IMG/VR virus record: IMGVR_UViG_3300034418_011550
Span: 32,001 to 96,000 of that record
Origin: a virus
Length of the DNA: 64,000 nucleotides
Reading direction: 5' to 3' (one strand)
Under the pieces are notes generated by a model, which was given only the letters and a program-made list of their open reading frames with translations, searched no databases and was not told where the DNA came from. Below, piece after piece: positions 59,586 through 64,000 of the stretch; within the stretch, counting starts at the first letter, position 1; each line of letters begins with the position of its first letter. A program made the translations under genes and the position numbers.

Positions 59586-60507
59586 ACAACATACCCTATG
59601 GGTTGAAAAGTATCGTTCTCAAGATCTTTCTACATATGTAGGAAACGAACAAATTAAAGGTACTATTTCTAAGTATCTAGAACAAAATGATATTCAAAAT
59701 TTTATTTTCTACGGCACAGCCGGTACTGGTAAAACTACTCTTGCTAAACTTATTGTTAACAATCTTAATTGCGATTATCTCTATATTAATGCTTCCGATG
59801 AACGTGGTATTGATACTATTAGGGATAAGGTCCAGGGTTTCTCGTCTGTGGCGTCTTTTAAGCCGCTCAAAGTTGTCATCTTGGATGAGGCTGATTTCCT
59901 TACTATACAGGCTCAGGCGTCGTTAAGAAACATTATTGAGACATTTTCAAGAACAACTCGATTTATTTTAACTTGTAATTATATTGAGCGTATTATTGAT
60001 CCGCTCCAGTCTCGTTGTCAAGTTTTAAAAATTGTTCCTCCATCTAAATCAGAAGTAGCTTCACATGTTAGTGATATTCTTAAACAAGAAGAAGTTGAAA
60101 TTGGTTTAGATGATTTAAAACTAGTAGTTAATCAATTTTATCCTGACATTCGTAAAATGTTAAATACATTACAAATGAGTGTTAATAATGGTGAAATATC
60201 CATTGATAAAGACATATTAGTGTCTAGTAACTACAAAAATAAAGTCCTCATGGAATTATGTAAACCAAGTTCTAAGTCGTTTAATAACATTAGACAAATT
60301 ATAGCTGACTCTGGAGTTAATGATTATGAGGACTTATTTAGATTTTTATTTGATAATATAGATAAATATGCTTCTACTAATGCTGGTGAAGTAATTATTT
60401 ATATTGAAGAGTATCAATATCATTCTAATTTTAGAATTGATAAAGAGATAAATGTAATGGCTTTAATTTCTCGAATATTAGCTGTTATTGAAAAAAGAGT
60501 ATTATGA
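59566..60507 (+). CDS. Clamp loader AAA+ subunit (gp44/RFC-like)
   Basis: WVEKYR, GTAGTGKTT, INASDERGID, LDEAD and SRC motifs. Confidence 0.93.
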   Translation: MVTTSSKQHTLWVEKYRSQDLSTYVGNEQIKGTISKYLEQNDIQNFIFYGTAGTGKTTLAKLIVNNLNCDYLYINASDERGIDTIRDKVQGFSSVASFKPLKVVILDEADFLTIQAQASLRNIIETFSRTTRFILTCNYIERIIDPLQSRCQVLKIVPPSKSEVASHVSDILKQEEVEIGLDDLKLVVNQFYPDIRKMLNTLQMSVNNGEISIDKDILVSSNYKNKVLMELCKPSSKSFNNIRQIIADSGVNDYEDLFRFLFDNIDKYASTNAGEVIIYIEEYQYHSNFRIDKEINVMALISRILAVIEKRVL

Positions 60508-60719
60508 GACAATTCCTAAAGTTCCTATTAATTTGGATTAGTCAAAACTTAGCAATACCTTTCTGGATGGTAGGTCATGTTCATTTAATGACAACAATTT
60601 ATCAAGATATACATGAAATTATTATGAGTATGGGTATGAACATTATAGTATTAATAGGATTTATTTTAGATTATAAACAACAAAAACAAAATGAAAAATC
60701 AACAACAAATGAACATTAA
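60504..60719 (+). CDS. Small membrane protein
   Basis: Two hydrophobic segments. Confidence 0.6.
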   Translation: MRQFLKFLLIWISQNLAIPFWMVGHVHLMTTIYQDIHEIIMSMGMNIIVLIGFILDYKQQKQNEKSTTNEH

Positions 60720-60936
60720 CATTGATTTGTCTAAGACAACATCAGTAGAAACTTCAACTGGTAAAAAAGTATGGAGTCAAGGAATTATTATTCGTAAAGT
60801 ATCTAAATTTATAGTAGGAGCTGAAGAAGATGCTTTAGTACCTATCCCAGTATTTTATGATGCTGAAACAGGAGAAATTTTGACTGAAACTTTACCTAAA
60901 GAATTAAGGGAAGAATATTCAAATGACAATCTTTGA
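60691..60936 (+). CDS. Hypothetical protein
   Basis: Overlapping ORF; the start may be ATG 60709. Confidence 0.65.
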   Translation: MKNQQQMNINIDLSKTTSVETSTGKKVWSQGIIIRKVSKFIVGAEEDALVPIPVFYDAETGEILTETLPKELREEYSNDNL

Positions 60937-61342
60937 TTGGTTAAAACAAATCACAACAGATAAAAAACCTTGGTCATCTTTTACAGAAGGCCAGCGAGAA
61001 TCATTTAATTCTTACATGGTTCATAGATTTGTAAGTATGTATGAAGGATACACTGAGGTTGCAAATTACGGCCAAAGAATCCCTTATCCTGAAAAAGAAA
61101 AAACTTATAAATATTACTGTACTATGTTACCTAAAAAGAATGTGTTCCTAAAATATATTAAATCATCTAAGAAGAGACCTAATATTGATTTATTAAAATA
61201 CATAGCTGATTATTATGTTGTTTCACTTGGAGAAGCTGAAGATTATATTTATCTTCTAAAACGAGAAGGGATAGAACATGTTCTTGAAAAATCAGGAGTT
61301 AATGAAAAAGAAATTAAAAAGTTATTAAAAGAAATAAAATGA
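60923..61342 (+). CDS. Clamp loader small subunit (gp62-like)
   Basis: FDWLKQI...FNSYMVHRFVSM...KKNVFLKYIK. Confidence 0.7.
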   Translation: MTIFDWLKQITTDKKPWSSFTEGQRESFNSYMVHRFVSMYEGYTEVANYGQRIPYPEKEKTYKYYCTMLPKKNVFLKYIKSSKKRPNIDLLKYIADYYVVSLGEAEDYIYLLKREGIEHVLEKSGVNEKEIKKLLKEIK

Positions 61343-61542
61343 GAGGAAAAATTATTGACGCTGTAAAATCACATGCTCAAGGTCATGTTGACAAACATTT
61401 AGCCAATATTGAAGTCTATCTTTCTAACCCAGTTGGGGTAGGAGAACATCCAGACATTATTGAAGCTATTGAAATGGAATTAGAACAAGTAGCTAAATAT
61501 CAAGATCAATTAGATATTATTAATAAGTATTTTCCAAGATAA
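61339..61542 (+). CDS. Conserved small hypothetical protein
   Basis: NPVGVGEHPDIIE motif. Confidence 0.7.
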   Translation: MRGKIIDAVKSHAQGHVDKHLANIEVYLSNPVGVGEHPDIIEAIEMELEQVAKYQDQLDIINKYFPR

Positions 61543-61545
61543 GTT

Positions 61546-61830
61546 ATGACAAAAAATAGTGATATTTATGGAGTCACACATAGTGATTCATTAATTGAAG
61601 CTTTAGAGAAATCTAAACGACAATATGAAGAAGCAACTTTTACTCCTGACTCTATTGTCCAGTCTGTTATGAATAAATTTCATACTAGAGCTGAAATGGG
61701 TTATAAAAAATACAACAATACTTTAGATAGAAATGATTTCACAGTATTAGAATGGATTGAGAATGCTCAAGAAGAACTAATGGATGGAATTTTATATCTT
61801 GAGAAGTTGAAAAAAACACTAGGTGGGTAA
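61546..61830 (+). CDS. Small helical protein, possibly MazG-like nucleotide pyrophosphohydrolase
   Basis: GYKKY...AQEELMDGILY acidic helix. Confidence 0.4.
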   Translation: MTKNSDIYGVTHSDSLIEALEKSKRQYEEATFTPDSIVQSVMNKFHTRAEMGYKKYNNTLDRNDFTVLEWIENAQEELMDGILYLEKLKKTLGG

Positions 61831-62776
61831 AAAGAAAAAAATACCAGCTATTGTAAAGCAAATCAAACAGCATACTCTTAAAGAAATCAATTACGCTTTT
61901 GAAAAGTCGATTTCTTATAGTCAGTTGTCAATGTTTAATGCTTGTCCACATAAATGGAGTCTTCAATATAAAGACGGCTATTATGTTTCTGAATCGTCTA
62001 TCCATATGACTTTTGGAACTGCGTTACATGAAGCATTACAGCATTATATAACAACTATATATGAGGTTAGTGGGGCTGAAGCTGACCGTATCAACATAGA
62101 AGAGTATTTTGAAGACCGTTTTAGAGAAGTTTATTTAAAAGACTATAAGTCTAATAAAAATGTTCATTTCTCTAACTCATTTGAAATGAGGGAGTTTTTT
62201 GAAGATGGTTTAGCTATTATAAACTACATCAAGAAAAACAGAGGTGGTTATTTTGGTAAACGAGGCTGGTATTTAGTAGGATGTGAAATTCCCATATCAT
62301 TAAATCCTCATTCAGAATATAAAAATGTATTCTATAGAGGATATCTTGATGTAGTATTATATCATGAACCAACTAATAAATTTAAAATTTTAGATATTAA
62401 AACATCTACTAAAGGTTGGGATGATTATGCTAAAAAAGATGAGATCAAACAAATGCAATTAATTTTATATAAAAAGTTTTTTGCTCAACAGTTTGGTGTT
62501 TCTGAAGATAATATTGATATTGAATTTTTTATTGTCAAAAGAAAAGTATGGGAAGATTCACCTTACCCTATATCTAGAGTACAAGAATTTAAACCAGCAA
62601 GTGGTAAAGTAAAGATTAATAAAGCAACTAATACAATTAAAGGATTTATAGAGGAAGTATTTAACAATGATGGTTCTTATAAAAATAAACAATATGAACC
62701 AAATGCTAGTGATTGGAATTGTAGATTTTGTCCTTTTAAAGATCGCAAAGAATTATGTAATAAAGGCGTATCTTAG
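61823..62776 (+). CDS. PD-(D/E)xK Cas4/RecB-like nuclease with Fe-S ligands
   Basis: SYSQL...CPHKW, GTALHE, GYLDVV, LDIKTS, QLILY and CRFCPF...C motifs. Confidence 0.85.
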   Translation: MGKKKKIPAIVKQIKQHTLKEINYAFEKSISYSQLSMFNACPHKWSLQYKDGYYVSESSIHMTFGTALHEALQHYITTIYEVSGAEADRINIEEYFEDRFREVYLKDYKSNKNVHFSNSFEMREFFEDGLAIINYIKKNRGGYFGKRGWYLVGCEIPISLNPHSEYKNVFYRGYLDVVLYHEPTNKFKILDIKTSTKGWDDYAKKDEIKQMQLILYKKFFAQQFGVSEDNIDIEFFIVKRKVWEDSPYPISRVQEFKPASGKVKINKATNTIKGFIEEVFNNDGSYKNKQYEPNASDWNCRFCPFKDRKELCNKGVS

Positions 62777-62820
62777 TAGATCCCAATATATTTATATACG
62801 ATATTAAATTAATAAAAGCT

Positions 62821-63012
62821 ATGAGTAAAAAAGATATGACATTAACCTCTGTTAAAGTACAGAGTGAGTTATTTGACAATTTCAAGATTGCATGTGTTAA
62901 GTACAAATTTTCTTTACAAAAACTTGCAGACCGCACTATTCATTTGTATCTTACAGATGAAGATTTTAGAAAAAAAGTACACTCACATAACAACTTAGAA
63001 ATTAAAGATTAA
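62821..63012 (+). CDS. Small ribbon-helix-helix-like DNA-binding protein
   Basis: TSVKVQSELFDNFKIAC...SLQKLADRTIHLYL pattern. Confidence 0.5.
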   Translation: MSKKDMTLTSVKVQSELFDNFKIACVKYKFSLQKLADRTIHLYLTDEDFRKKVHSHNNLEIKD

Positions 63013-63014
63013 AA

Positions 63015-64000
63015 ATGGAATCACGTTTTGAATATCTTCCTCCTGAGAAGAGGAAAAAAATTGTTTTTATCTCTGATGATTTAAGAGTTCACTCAGGAAT
63101 TGCTACTGTAGCGAGAGAAATTGTAATTCATACAGCCCATCATTTTAATTGGGTAAGTGTAGGAGGAGCTGTTAAACATAATGAGGAAGGTAAAAGATTA
63201 GATTTATCTCAATCAACTAATGAAGTAAATGGCTTAAAAGATTCATCAGTTATAATGTATCCCGTTAGTGGATATGGTAATCCTGATTTTTTAAGACAAT
63301 TAATTGAATTTGAGAAACCAGATGCTATAATGATGATCACTGATCCTCGTTATTATATTTGGTTGTTCCAAATGGAAAATGAAATTAGAAGAAAAATTCC
63401 TATTGTTTATTTAAACATTTGGGATGATTATCCTGCTCCACTTTATAATAAACCATATTATGAAGCTTGTGATTTATTAATGGGTATTTCAAAACAAACA
63501 GTAAACATTAATAGACTTGTGTTAGGTGATAAAGCTGATAAAAAACTTCTTAAATATATTCCTCATGGATTAAATCATAATGTGTTTAAACCTTTAGATA
63601 AAAAAGATCCTAAACTATTAGAGTTTAAAAACAAATTATTTAAAGGTAAAGAATATGATTTCGCTTTATTGTTTAATTCTAGAAACATTAGGCGTAAACA
63701 AATTCCTGATACTATTTTGGCTTATAGATATTTCATTGATAACTTACCTAAAGAACAAGCTAAAAAATGTTGTTTGATTTTACATACTGAAAGATCATTA
63801 GAGCATGGTACTGATTTGGAAGCAGTGATTGAATTACTTTTAAATGAAGATCATTATAATGTAGAATTTACAGATGCTAAATTCAACCCAGAACAAATGA
63901 ATTACTTATATAATAGTACAGATGCTCAAATATTATTAACTTCAAATGAAGGATGGGGTTTGAGTATTACTGAAGCTATTTTAGCTGGTAATTTAATTAT
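63015..64000 (+). CDS. GT4 (GT-B) glycosyltransferase, 3'-truncated (not in track)
   Basis: MESRFEYLPPEKRKKIVFISDD...SGIATV...IPHG...NSRNIRRKQ...NEGWGLSITEAILAG; open to the window end. Confidence 0.88.
   Translation, partial: MESRFEYLPPEKRKKIVFISDDLRVHSGIATVAREIVIHTAHHFNWVSVGGAVKHNEEGKRLDLSQSTNEVNGLKDSSVIMYPVSGYGNPDFLRQLIEFEKPDAIMMITDPRYYIWLFQMENEIRRKIPIVYLNIWDDYPAPLYNKPYYEACDLLMGISKQTVNINRLVLGDKADKKLLKYIPHGLNHNVFKPLDKKDPKLLEFKNKLFKGKEYDFALLFNSRNIRRKQIPDTILAYRYFIDNLPKEQAKKCCLILHTERSLEHGTDLEAVIELLLNEDHYNVEFTDAKFNPEQMNYLYNSTDAQILLTSNEGWGLSITEAILAGNLI

Noticed and set aside
18273-62936. Scattered minus-strand and nested ORFs in the track (e.g. 23759..24109, 35172..35459, 40050..40373, 53716..54078)
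   Set aside because: All lie within well-supported + strand genes and show no motifs or promoters.
1-64000. Stop-codon reassignment (code 15 or 4)
   Set aside because: Conserved genes are full length in code 11, and TAG and TGA terminate genes (e.g. 54355, 22959).
1-64000. Bacterial chromosome or eukaryotic giant-virus origin
   Set aside because: T4-like sheath, tube, baseplate, SSB, clamp and loader genes, tight operons and bacterial promoters indicate a tailed phage. No tRNA or rRNA was recognised.

Overview
A 64-kb, very AT-rich segment of a large T4-like myovirus (jumbo-type phage). Every credible gene is on the + strand in standard code 11. A Bacteroidota host is likely: about 12 TTGG-N19-TAnnTT promoters resemble the TTTG/TAnnTTTG consensus, Shine-Dalgarno motifs are mostly absent, and a secreted protein has Gln at +1. 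From left to right the window holds: (1) two huge Gly-X-Y fibre genes, the first a 5'-truncated >=1911-aa (G-S/T-S)n protein missed by the ORF track and the second a GPT/GPQ collagen with a Peptidase S74 chaperone; (2) a ~9-kb tailoring cluster with a 2OG-Fe(II) hydroxylase, a GH-like propeller, three FkbM-type methyltransferase domains, a radical SAM/SPASM enzyme, two DxD paralogues and a GT4 fused to an Aah/TibC-like iron-finger heptosyltransferase; (3) contractile-tail genes; (4) replication genes (PolA-like, SSB, RecA, 5'-3' exonuclease, helicase, NrdJ); (5) a 7-deazaguanine cluster (dpdA-like, queC, queD, queE, folE) with an embedded HPRT; (6) PolB, sliding clamp, Hsp20, GroES/GroEL, clamp loader, a Cas4-like nuclease and a partial GT4. 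The best candidate for a new system is a phage-encoded pathway that O-glycosylates and methylates the phage's own Ser/Thr-rich fibres. Other leads: a candidate +1 frameshift before the tape-measure gene, inverted repeats enclosing hsp20 whose 3' arm is complementary to its SD, terminator hairpins that double as promoters, a 52-bp promoter-cassette direct repeat, and a 32-bp-periodic repeat upstream of polB. All family calls come from motif recognition by eye; no database search was run.
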